DNA from: Eledone cirrhosa
Taxonomy: Eukaryota
NCBI GenBank assembly: GCA_964016885.1
Contig: OZ024743.1
Coordinates: forward strand, 143,158,001-143,222,000
Length of the DNA: 64,000 bases
Direction: 5' to 3'
The notes below the pieces were generated by a model. It ran no database searches and had not been told where the DNA came from. It saw only the letters and a list, made by a program, of their open reading frames with translations. The position numbers were made by a program, and so were the translations under genes. How positions within the stretch are numbered: the stretch's first letter is position 1; each line of letters starts with the position of its first letter. Of this stretch, positions 1 through 11,449 are shown one piece after another.

Positions 1-2129
1 GATGCTTGGTGTTTGCTGTTTGGTGCTTGGTGTTTGGTGCTTGGTGCTTGGTGTTTGGTGTTTGCTGTTTGCTGTTTGCTGTTTGGTGTTTGCCATTTGG
101 TGTTTGGTGTTTGCTGTTTGGTGTTTGCTGTTTGGTGCTTGGTGCTTGGGGCTTGGTGTTTGGTGCTTGGTGCTTGGTGTTTGGTGTTTGGTGTTTGGTG
201 CTTGGTACTTGGTGTTTTGTGTTTGGTGTTTGGTGCTTGGTGCTTGGTGCTTGGTGTTTGGTGCTTGGTGCTTGGTGCTTGGAGTTTGGTGTTTAGTGCT
301 TGGTGCTTGGTATTTGGTGTTTGGTGCTTGTTGTTTGGTGTTTGGTGCTTGGTGCTTGGTGTTTGGTGATTGGTGCTTGGTGCTTGGTGTTTGGTCTTTG
401 GCGCTTGATGCTTGGTGTTTGGTGCTTGGTGCTTGGTTCTTGGTGTTTGGTGTTTGGTGTTTGGTGTTTGGTGTTTGGTGTTTGCTGTTTGGTGTTTGGT
501 GTTTGCTGTTTGGTGTTTGCTATTTGGTGTTTGGTGTTTGCAGTTTGGTGTTTGCTGTTTGGTGTTTGCTGTGTGGTGTTTGGTGTTTTGTGCTTGGTGC
601 TTGGTGTTTGGTGTTTGGTGCTTGGTGCTTGGTGTTTGGTGCTTGGTGCTTGGTGCTTGGTGCTTGGTGCTTTGTATTTGTTGCTTGGTGCTTGGTGCTT
701 GGTGATTGGTGCTTGGTGCTTGGTGCCTGGTGCTTTGTGTTTCGTGTTGGTGCTTGGTGCTTGATATGTGGTGCTTGGTGCTTGGTGTTTGGTATTTGAT
801 GCTTGGTGCTTGGTGCTTGTTGTTTGGTGCGTGGTGTTTGGTGTTTGGTGTTTGGTGCTTGGTGCTAGGTGTTTGGTGCTTGGTGCTTGGTGTTTGGTGC
901 TTGGTGCTTGGTGCTTGGTGTTTGCTGTTTGTTGTTTGGTGTTTGCTGTTTGGTGTTTGCTGTTTGGTGTTTGCTGTTTGGCGTTTGGTGTTTGCTGTTT
1001 GGTGTTTGTTGTTTGCGGTTTGGTGTTTGCTATTTGGTGTTTGGTGTTTGCTGTTTGCTGTTTGCTGTTCGGTGTTTGCTGTTTGGTGTTTGGTGTTTGG
1101 GCTTTGGTGCTTGGTGCTTGGTGTTTGATATTTGGTGCTTGGTGTTTGGTGTTTGGTGCTTGGTGCTTGGTGTTTGGTGTTTGGTGCTTGGTGCTTGGTG
1201 CTTGGTGCTTTGTGTTTGTTGCTTGGTCATTGGTGCTTTGTGTTTGTTGCTTGGTGCTTGGTGATTGGTGCTTGGTGCTTGGTGTTTGGTATTTGGTGCT
1301 TGGCGCTTGGTGCTTGGTGTTTGGTGTTTGGTGCTTTGTGCTTGGCGTTTGGTGTTTCTCGTTTGATGTTTGGCTTTTTCTGTTTGCTGTTTGGTGTTTG
1401 CTGTTTGCTATTTGGTGTTTTGTGTTTGCTGTTTGGTGTTTGCTGCTTGGTGTTTGCCGTTTGGTGTTTTCTGTTTGCTGTTTGGTGTTTGCTGTTTGGT
1501 GATTGGTGTTTGGTGCTTGCTGCTTGGTGCTTGGTGTTTGGTGCTTGGTGCTTGTTACTTGGTGCTTGGTGTTTGGTGTTTGGTACTTGTTGCTTGGTGT
1601 TTGGTGTTTGGTGCTTGGTGCTTGGTGTTTGGTGTTTGGTGCTTGGTGCTTGGTGTCTGGTGTTTGGTGCTTGGTGCTTGGTGTTTGGTGATTGGTGCTT
1701 GGTGCTTGGTGTTTGGTGCTTGGTGCTAGGTGTTTGGTGTTTGGCGCTTGGTGCTTGGTGTTTGGTGCTTGGTGATTGGTGTTTGGTGTTTGGTGCTTGG
1801 TCTTTGGTACTTGATGGTTGGTGCTTGGTCTTTGGTGCTTGGTGCTTGGTGCTTGGTGCTTGGTATTTGGTGCTTGGTGCTTGGTGCTTGGTGTTTGGTG
1901 ATTGGTCCTTGGTGCTTGGTGTTTGGTGCTTGGTGTTTGGTCCTTGCTGCTTGGTGATTGGTGCTTGGTGCTTGGTGTTTGGTGTTTGGTGCTTGGTGAT
2001 TGGTGTTTGGTGCTTGGTGCTTGGTGCTTGTTGTTTGGTGCTTGGTGCTTGGTGCTTGGTGTTTGGTGTTTGGTGCTTGGTGTTTGGTGTTTGGTGTCTG
2101 GTGCTTGGTGCTTGGTGTTTGGTGCTTGG

Positions 2130-5100
2130 TGCTTGGTGTTTGGTGCTTGGTGCTTGGTGCTTGGTGTTCGGTGTTTGGTGCTTGGTGCTTGGTGTTTGGT
2201 GTTTGGTGCTTGGTGTTTGGGGTTTGGTGCTTGGTGCTTGGTGCTTGGTGCTTGGTGTTTGGTGTTTGGTGCTTGGGGCTTGGTGTCTGGTGTTTGATGC
2301 TTGGTGCTTCGTGCTTGCTGTTTTGTGTTTGGTGTTTGGTGTTTGGTGCTTGGTGTTTGGTGTTTGGTGTTTGCTGTTTGGTGTTTGGTGTTTGCTGTTT
2401 GGTGTTTGCTATTTTGTGTTTGGTGTTTGCAGTTTGGTGTTTGGTGCTTGGTGCTTGGTGCTTGGTGTTTGGTGTCTGGTGCTTGGTGTTTGGTGCTTGG
2501 TGCTTGGTGTTTGGTGCTTGGTGCTTGGTGTTTGGTGTTTGGTGTTTGTTGCTTGTGCTTGGTGCTTGGTGCTTGGTGCTTGGTGCTTGGTGCTTTGTGT
2601 TTGGTGCTTGGTGCTTTGTGTTTGGTGCTTGGTGCTTGGTGCTTTGTACTTGGTGCTTGGTGTTTGGTGTTTGGTGCTGGGTGCTTGGTGTTTGGTGCTT
2701 GGTGCTTGGTGCTTGGTGTTTGGTGCTTGGTGTTTGCTATTTGGTGTTTGGTGCTTGGTGCTTGGTGTTTGGTGCTTGGTGCTTGGTGCTTGGTGCTTGG
2801 TGTTTGGTGTTTAGTGCTTGGTGCTTGGTGTTTGGTGTTTGCTGCTTGGTGCTTGGTGTTTGCTCTTTGGTGCTTGATGCTTGCTGTTTGGTGCTTGGTG
2901 CTTGGTGTTTGGTACTTGGTGCTTTGTGTTTGGTGCTTGGTGCTTGGTGTTTGGTGCTTGGTGCTTGGTGCTTGGTGTTTGGTGCTTGGTGCTTGGTCCT
3001 TGCTGCTTGGTGATTGGTGTTTGGTGCTTGGTGTTTGGTGTTTGGTGTTTGGTGCTTGGTGCTTGGTGCTTGATGCTTGCTGTTTGGTGCTTGGTGCTTG
3101 GTGTTTGGTACTTGGTGCTTTGTGTTTGGTGCTTGGTGCTTGGTGTTTGGTGCTTGGTGCTTGGTGCTTGGTGTTTGGTGCTTGGTGCTTGGTCCTTGCT
3201 GCTTGGTGATTGGTGTTTGGTGCTTGGTGTTTGGTGTTTGGTGTTTGGTGTCTGGTGCTTGGTGCTTGGTGTTTGGTGCTTGGTGCTTGGTGTTTGGTGC
3301 TTGGTGCTTGGTGCTTGGTGCTTGCTGTTTGGTGCTTGGTGCTTGGTGTTTGGTGTTTGGTGCTTGGTGCTTGGTGTTTGGTGTTTGGTGTTTGGTGCTT
3401 GGGGCTTGGTGTCTGGTCTTTGGTGCTTGGTGCTTGGTGCTTGGTGTTTTGTGTTTGGTGTTTGGTGTTTGGTGCTTGGTGTTTGGTGTTTGCTGTTTGC
3501 TGTTTGGTGTTTGGTGTTTGCTGTTTGGGGTTTGCTATTTGGTGTTTGGTGTTTGCAGATTGGTGTTTGCTGTTTGGTGTTTGCTGTGTGGTGTTTGGTG
3601 TTTAGTGCTTGGTGCTTGGTGTTTGGTGTTTGTTGCTTGGTGCTTGGTGTTTGGTGCTTAGTGCTTGGTGCTTGGTGCTTGGTGCTTGGTGTTTGGTGCT
3701 TGGTGCTTGGTGTTTGGTGTTTAGTGCTTGGTGCTTGGTGTTTGGTGTTTGGTGTTTGGTGCTTGGTGGTTGGTGTTTGCTGTTTGGTGCTTGATGCTTG
3801 GTGTTTGGTGCTTGGTGCTTGGTGTTTGGTGCTTGGTGCTTGGTGCTTGGTGCTTGGTGTTTGGTCCTTGGTGCTTGGTGTTTGGTGTTTGGTGCTTGGT
3901 GCTTGGTGTTTGGTGCTTGGTGCTTGGTGTTTGGTGTTTGTTGTTTGGTATTTGGCACTTGGTGCTTGGTGATTGGTTCTTGGTGCTTGGTGCTTGGTGT
4001 TTGGTGCTTGGTGCTTGGTGCTTGCTGCTTAGTGCTTGGTGCTTTGTACTTGGTGCTTGGTGTTTGGTGTTTGGTGCTGGGTGCTTGGTGTTTGGTGCTT
4101 GGTGCTTGGTGCTTGGTGCTTGGTGTTTTGTGTTTGGTGCTTGGTGCTTGGTGTTTGGTGTTTAGTGCTTGGTGCTTGGTGTTTGGTGTTTGAAGCTTGG
4201 TGCTTGGTGTTTGGTGTTTGGTGCTTGGTGCTTGGTGTTTGCTGTTTGGTGCTTGATGCTTGGTGTTTGGTGTTTGGTGCTTGGTGCTTGGTGCTTGGTG
4301 TTTGCTGTTTGCTGTTTGCTGTTTGGTGTTTGCTATTTGGTGTTTGGTGTTTGCTGTTTGGTGTTTGCTGTTTGGTGTTTGCTGTGTGGTGTTTGGTGTT
4401 TGGTGTTCGGGGCTTGGTGCTTGGTTTTTTCTCTTTGGTGCTTGGTGCTTGGTGTTTGGTGCTTGGTGCTTGGTGCTTGGTGTTCGGTGTTTGGTGCTTG
4501 GTGCTTGGTGTTTGGTGTTTGGTGCTTGGTGTTTGGGGTTTGGTGCTTGGTGCTTGGTGCTTGGTGCTTGGTGTTTGGTGTTTGGTGCTTGGGGCTTAGT
4601 GTCTGGTGTTTGATGCTTGGTGCTTGGTGCTTGCTGTTTTGTGTTTGGTGTTTGGTGTTTGGTGCTTGGTGTTTGGTGTTTGGTGTTTGCTGTTTGGTGT
4701 TTGGTGTTTGCTGTTTGGTGTTTGCTATTTTGTGTTTGGTGTTTGCAGTTTGGTGTTTGGTGCTTGGTGCTTGGTGCTTGGTGTTTGGTGTTTGGTGCTT
4801 GGTGTTTGGTGTTTGGTGTCTGGTGCTTGGTGTTTGGTGCTTGGTGCTTGGTGTTTGGTGCTTGGTGCTTGGTGTTTGGTGTTTGGTGTTTGTTGCTTGT
4901 GCTTGGTGCTTGGTGCTTGGTGCTTGGTGCTTGGTGCTTTGTGTTTGGTGCTTGGTGCTTTGTGATTGGTGCTTGGTGCTTGGTGCTTTGTACTTGGTGC
5001 TTGGTGTTTGGTGTTTGGTGCTGGGTGCTTGGTGTTTGGTGCTTGGTGCTTGGTGCTTGGTGTTTGGTGCTTGGTGTTTGCTATTTGGTGTTTGGTGCTT

Positions 5101-6590
5101 GGTGCTTGGTGTTTGGTGCTTGGTGCTTGGTGCTTGGTGCTTGGTGTTTGGTGTTTAGTGCTTGGTGCTTGGTGTTTGGTGTTTGCTGCTTGGTGCTTGG
5201 TGTTTGCTCTTTGGTGCTTGATGCTTGCTGTTTGGTGCTTGGTGCTTGGTGTTTGGTACTTGGTGCTTTGTGTTTGGTGCTTGGTGCTTGGTGTTTGGTG
5301 CTTGGTGCTTGGTGCTTGGTGTTTGGTGCTTGGTGCTTGGTCCTTGCTGCTTGGTGATTGGTGTTTGGTGCTTGGTGTTTGGTGTTTGGTGTCTGGTGCT
5401 TGGTGCTTGGTGTTTGGTGCTTGGTGCTTGGTGTTTGGTGCTTGGTGCTTGGTGCTTGGTGCTTGCTGTTTGGTGCTTGGTGCTTGGTGTTTGGTGTTTG
5501 GTGCTTGGTGCTTGGTGTTTGGTGTTTGGTGTTTGGTGCTTGGGGCTTGGTGTCTGGTCTTTGGTGCTTGGTGCTTGGTGCTTGGTGTTTTGTGTTTGGT
5601 GTTTGGTGTTTGGTGCTTGGTGTTTGGTGTTTGCTGTTTGCTGTTTGGTGTTTGGTGTTTGCTGTTTGGGGTTTGCTATTTGGTGTTTGGTGTTTGCAGA
5701 TTGGTGTTTGCTGTTTGGTGTTTGCTGTGTGGTGTTTGGTGTTTAGTGCTTGGTGCTTGGTGTTTGGTGTTTGTTGCTTGGTGCTTGGTGTTTGGTGCTT
5801 AGTGCTTGGTGCTTGGTGCTTGGTGCTTGGTGTTTCGTGCTTGGTGCTTGGTGTTTGGTGTTTAGTGCTTGGTGCTTGGTGTTTGGTGTTTGGTGTTTGG
5901 TGCTTGGTGGTTGGTGTTTGCTGTTTGGTGCTTGATGCTTGGTGTTTGGTGCTTGGTGCTTGGTGTTTGGTGCTTGGTGCTTGGTGCTTGGTGCTTGGTG
6001 TTTGGTCCTTGGTGCTTGGTGTTTGGTGTTTGGTGCTTGGTGCTTGGTGTTTGGTGCTTGGTGCTCTGTGTTTGGTGTTTGGTGTTTGGTATTTGGCACT
6101 TGGTGCTTGGTGATTGGTTCTTGGTGCTTGGTGCTTGGTGTTTGGTGCTTGGTGCTTGGTGCTTGCTGCTTAGTGCTTGGTGCTTTGTACTTGGTGCTTG
6201 GTGTTTGGTGTTTGGTGCTGGGTGCTTGGTGTTTGGTGCTTGGTGCTTGGTGCTTGGTGTTTTGTGTTTGGTGCTTGGTGCTTGGTGTTTGGTGTTTAGT
6301 GCTTGGTGCTTGGTGTTTGGTGTTTGAAGCTTGGTGCTTGGTGTTTGGTGTTTGGTGCTTGGTGCTTGGTGTTTGCTGTTTGGTGCTTGATGCTTGGTGT
6401 TTGGTGTTTGGTGCTTGGTGCTTGGTGTTTGCTGTTTGCTGTTGGCTGTTTGGTGTTTGCTATTTGGTGTTTGGTGTTTGCTGTTTGGTGTTTGCTGTTT
6501 GGTGTTTGCTGTGTGGTGTTTGGTGTTTGGTGTTCGGGGCTTGATGCTTGGTTTTTTCTCTTTGGTGCTTGGTGCTTGGTGTTTGGTGCT
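2130..6590. repeat. Higher-order tandem duplication, 2 copies, period ~2.13-2.34 kb
   Basis: Shared rare markers: TTTGCAGTTT at ~2429/4745 (offset 2316), TTGCAGATT at ~3553/5694, TTGGCAC at ~3952/6093 (2141), TTGAAGC at ~4190/6324, TTCGGGGC..TTTTTTCTC at 4406/6533 (2127). Near-identical ORFs 3602..3958 and 5743..6099. Confidence 0.92.
2868..3260. repeat. Local 196-bp (28-monomer) tandem duplication
   Basis: The series TGATGCTTGCTG / GGTAC / TTTGTGT / GGTCCTTGCTGC / GGTGA repeats at 2875 and 3071. ORFs starting at 2881 and 3077 begin identically. The sister HOR copy at ~5220 has it only once. Confidence 0.92.
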
Positions 6591-7374
6591 TGGTGCTTGG
6601 TGTTTGGTGGTTGGTGCTTGGTGCTTGGTGGTTGGTGCTTGGTGTTTGGTGCCTGGTGTTTGGTGTTTGGTTATTGGTGCTTGGTGTTTGATGTGTGGTG
6701 CTTGGTGCTTGGTGTTTGGTATTTGGTGCTTGGTGCTTGGTGCTTGGTGTTTGATGCTGTGTGCTTGGTGCTTGTTGTTTGGTGCTTGGTGCTAGGTGTT
6801 TGGTGTTTGGTGCTTGGTGTTTCGTGTTTCGTGTTTGGTGCTTGGTACTTGGTGTTTTATGTTTGGTGTTTGGTGCTTGGTGCTTGGTGCTTGGTGTTTG
6901 GTGCTTGGTGCTTGGTGCTTGGTGTTTGATGTTTAGTGCTTGGTGCTTGGTATTTGGTGTGTGGTGCTTGGTGCTTGTTGTTTGGTGTTTGGTGCTTGGT
7001 GCTTGGTGTTTGGTGATTGGTGCTTGGTGCTTGTTGTTTGGTCTTTGGCGCTTGATGCTTGGTGTTTGGTGCTTGGTGCTTGGTTCTTGGTGTTTGGTGC
7101 TTGGTGTTTGCTGCTTGGTGTTTGGTGGTTGCTGCTTGGTACTTGCTGTTTGGTGTTTAGTGCTTGGTGATTGGTGCTTGGTGCTTGGTGCTTGGTGTTT
7201 GGTGTTTGGTGCTTGGTGCTTGGTGTTTGGTGTTTGTTGTTTGGTGCTTGGTGTCTGGTGCTTGGTGTTTGGTGCTTGGAGTTTGGTGTTCGGTGTTTGG
7301 TGCTTTTTGCTGGGTGCTTGGTGCTTGGTGTTTGGTGCTTGGTGCTTGGTGTTTGGTGCTGGGTGCTTGGTGAT

Positions 7375-7530
7375 TGGTGTTTGGTGTTATATGCTTGGTG
7401 TTTGATGCTTGGTGCTTGGTGCTTGGTGTTTGGTGTTTGGTGCTTGGTGTTTGGTGTTTGGTGTTATATGCTTGGTGTTTGATGCTTGGTGCTTCGTGCT
7501 TGGTGTTTGGTGCTTGGTGTTTGATGCTTG
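7375..7530. repeat. Local 77-bp (11-monomer) duplication carrying TATATGC
   Basis: TATATGC-TTGGTGT-TTGATGC occurs at 7388 and 7465. Confidence 0.8.
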
Positions 7531-10500
7531 GTGCTTGGTGCTTGGTGTTTGGTGCTTGGTGCTTGGTGTTTGTACTTGGTGCTTGGTGCTTGTTTCTTGG
7601 TGTTTGGTGCTTGGTGCTTGGTGTTTGGTGCTTGGTGCTTGGTGTTTGGTGCTTGGTGTTTGGTGCTTGGTGCTTGGTGCTTGGTGCTTGGTGTTTGGTG
7701 TTTGGTGTTTGGTGCTTGGTGTTAGGTGTTTGGTGCTTGGTGCTTGGAGTTTGGTGTTTGGTGCTTGGTGTTTGGTGCTTGGTGTTTGGTGTTAGGTGTT
7801 TGGTGTTTGGTGCTTGGTGTTTGGTGCTTGGTGCTTGGTGTTTGGTGTTTGGTGCTTGGTGTTTGGTGCTTGGTACTTGGTGCTTGGTGCTTGGTGTTAG
7901 GTGTTTGGTGCTTGGTGCTTGGTGTTTGGTTTTTGGTGCTTGGTGCTTGGTGTTTGGTGTTTGGTGCTTGCTGCTGGCTGCTTGGTGTTTGATGCTTGGT
8001 GATTGGTGCTTGGTGTTTGGTGCTTGGTGTTTGGTGTTTGGTGCTAGGTGCTTGGTGTTTGGTGCTTGGTGCTTGGTGCTTGGTGTTTGGAGCTTGGTGC
8101 TTGGTGTTTGGTGCTTGGTGCTGGGTGGTTGGTGTTTAGTGCTTGGTGTTTGGTGCTGGCTGTTTGGTGCTTGGTGCTTAGTCATTGGTGCTTGGTGTTT
8201 GGTGTTTGGTGCTTGGTGCTTGGTGCTTGGTGCTTGGTGTTTGGTGCTTGGTGCTTAGTGTTTGGTGCTTGGTGCTTAGTGTTTGGTGCTAGGTGCTTGG
8301 TGTTTGGTGCTTGGTGCTTGGTGTTTGGTGCCTGGTGCTTGGTGTTTGGTGTTTGGTGTTTGGTGCTTGGTGTTTGGTGTTTGCTTTTTGGTGTTTGGTG
8401 TTTGCTGTATGTTGTTTGGTGTTTGGTGTTTGGTGTTTGGTGTTTGGTGCTTGGTGCTTGGTGTTTGGTGCTTGGTGCTTGGTGTTTGGTGCCTGGTGTT
8501 TGGTGCTTGGTGCTTGGTGTTTGGTGTTTGGAGTTTGGCGATTGGTGCTTGGTGCTTCGTGTTTTGTGTTTCGTGTTTGGTTTTTGGTGCTTGGTGCTTG
8601 GTAATTGGTCCTTGGTGTTTGGTGCTGGGTGCTTTGTGTTTGGTGCTTGGTGCTTGGTGCTTGGTGTTTGCTGTTTGCTGCTTGGTGTTTGATGCTTGGT
8701 GCTTTGTGCTTGGTGTTTTGTGTTTGGTGCTTGCTGCTTGGTGTTTGGTGCTTGGTGCTTGGTACTTGGTGCTTGGTGCTTGGTGTTTGTACTTGGTGCT
8801 TGGTGCTTGGTGTTTGGTTCTTGGTTCTTGGTGTTTGGTGTTTGGCGTTTGGTGTTTGGTGCTTGGTGCTTGGTGTTTGGTGCTTGATGCTTGGTGTTTG
8901 GTGCCTGGTGCTTGGTGCTTGGTGCTTGGTGTTTGGTGTTTGGTGCTTGGTGCTTGGAGTTTGGTGTTTGGTGCTTGGTGCTTGGTGTTCTGTGTTTGGT
9001 GTTTGGTTTTTGGTGCTTGGTGCTTGGTCCTTGGTGTTTGGTGCTGGGTGCTTTGTGTTTGGTGCTTGGTGCTTGGTGTTTGGTGTTTGTTGCTTGGTGT
9101 TTTGTGTTTGGTGCATGGTTCTTGGTGTTTGGTGCTTGGTGCTTGGTGCTTGGTGTTTGTACTTTGTGCTTGGTGCTTGGTGTTTGGTTCTTGGTTCTTG
9201 GTGTTTGGTACTTGGTGCTTGGTGCTTGGTGCTTGATGTTTGGTGTTTGATTCTTGGTGTTTGGTGCTTGGTGCTTGGTGCTTGGTGTTTTGTGTTTGGT
9301 GCTTGGTTCTTGGTGTTTGGTGCTTGGTGCTTGGTGCTTGGTGCTTGGTGTTTGTACTTGATGCTTGGTGCTTGGTGTTTGGTTCTTGGTTCTTGGTGTT
9401 TGGTACTTGGTGCTTGGTGTTTGGTGTTTGCTGTTTGGTGTTTGGTGTTTGGTGTTTGCTGTTTGCTGTTTGGTGTCTGCTTTTTAGTGTTTAGTGTTTG
9501 CTGTATGGTGTTTGGTGTTTGCTGTTTGGTGTTTGGTCTTTGGTGCTTGGTGCTTGGTGCTTGGTGTTTTGTGCTTGGTGCTTGGTGCTTGGTGTTTGGT
9601 GTTTGGTGTTTGGTGCTTGGTGCTTGGTGCTTGGTGTTTGGTGTTTGGTGTTTGGTGCTTGGTGCTTGGTGTTTGGTGCTGAGTGGTTGGTGTTTGGTGC
9701 TTGGTGTTTGGTGCTGGGTGCTTGGTGTTTGGTGCTGGGTGCTTGGTGTTTAGTGCTTGGTGCTTGGTCTTTGGTGCTTGGTGTTTGGTGCTTGGAGTTT
9801 GGTGCTTGGTGCTTGGTGTTTGGTGCTTGGTGCTTAGTATTTGGTGCTATGTGTTTGGTGCTTGGTGCTTGGTGTTTGGTGCTTGGTGCTTGGTGTTTGG
9901 TGTTTGGTGTTTGGTGCTTGGTGCTTGGTGTTTGCTGTTTGCTGTTTGGTGTTTGTTGTTTGTTGTTTGGTGTTTGCTGTTTGGTGCTTGGTGTTTGCTT
10001 TTTGGTGTTTGGTGTTTGCTGTATGTTGTTTGCTGTTTGGTGTTTGGTGTTTGGTGTTTGGTGTTTGGTGCTTGGTGTTTGGTGCTTGGTGCTTGGTGTT
10101 TGGTGCCTGGTGCTTGGTGCTTGGTGCTTGGTGTTTGGTGTTTGGTGCTTGGTGCTTGGTGCTTGGTGTTTGGTGCTTGCTGCTTGGTGTTTTGTGTTTC
10201 GTGTTTGGTTTTTGGTGCTTGGTGCTTGGTGCTTGGTCCTTGGTGTTTGGTGCTGGGTGCTTTGTGTTTGGTGATTGGTGCTTGGTGTTTGGTGTTTGCT
10301 GCTTGGTGTTTGATGCTTGGTGCTTGGTGTTTTGTGTTTGGTGCTTGGTGCTTGGTGTTTGGTGCTTGGTGCTTGGTGTTTGTAGTTGGTGCTTGGTGCT
10401 TGGTGTTTGGTTCTTGGTTCTTGGTGTTTGGTACTTGGTGCTTGGTGCTTGGTGCTTGATGTTTGGTGTTTGGTGCTTGGTGTTTGGTGCTTGGTGCTTG

Positions 10501-11449
10501 GTGTTAGGTGTTTGGTGCTTGGTGCTTGGTGTTTGGTGCTTGGTGTTTGGTGTTTGCTGTTTGGTGTTTGGTGTTTGGTGTTTGGTGTTTGCTGTTTGGT
10601 GTCTGCTTTTTGGTGTTTAGTGTTTGCTGGATGGTGTTTGCTGTTTCGTGTTTGGTGTTTGCTGTTTGGTTTTTGGTGTTTGCTGTTTGGTGTTTGGTCT
10701 TTGGTGCTTGGTGTTTGGTGCTTGGTGCTTGGTGCTTGGTGTTTGGTGCTTGATGCTTGGTGTTTGGTGTTTGGTGCTTGGTGCTTGGTGTTTGGTGTTT
10801 GGTGTTTGGTGCTTGGTGTCTGGTGCTTGGTGTTTGGTGTTTGGTGCTTGGTGCTTGGTGTTTGGTGTTTGTGCTTGGTGTTTGGTGTTTGGTGCTTGTT
10901 GCTTGGTGCTTGATGTTTGGTGCTTGGTGCTTGGTGTTTGGTGCTGGGTGCTTGGTGCTTGGTATTTGGTGTTGGGTGTTTGGTGCTTGGTGTTTGGTGT
11001 TTGGTGTTATATGCTTGGTGTTTGAGGCTTGGTGCTTGGTGCTTGGTGTTTGGTGTTTGGTGCTTGGTGTTTGATGCTTGGTGCTTGGTGCTTAGTGTTT
11101 GTACTTGGTGCTTGGTGCTTGGTTCTTGGTGTTTGGTGCTTGGTGTTTGGTACTTGGTGCTTGGTGTTTGGTGTTTGGTGCTTGGTGCTTGGTGCTTGGT
11201 GCTTGGTGTTTGGTGCTTGGTGTTTGGTGCTTGGTGTTAGGTGTTTGGTGCTTGGTGCTTGGTGCTTGGTGCTTGGTGTTTGGTGCTTGGTGTTTGGTGC
11301 TTGGTACTTGGTGCTTGGTGCTTGGTGTTAGGTGTTTGGTGCTTGGTGCTTGGTGTTTGGTTTTTGGTGCTTGGTGCTTGGTGTTTGGTGTTTGGTGCTT
11401 GCTGCTGGCTGCTTGGTGTTTGGTGCTTGGTGATTGGTGCTTGGTGTTT

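Noticed and set aside
1221-8190. Similarity to cyanobacterial STRR heptamers such as TT(G/T)GTCA (TTGGTCA at ~1223, TTAGTCA at ~8178)
   Set aside because: Only isolated variants match. STRR arrays are short and lie among genes, unlike a gene-free array of at least 64 kb.
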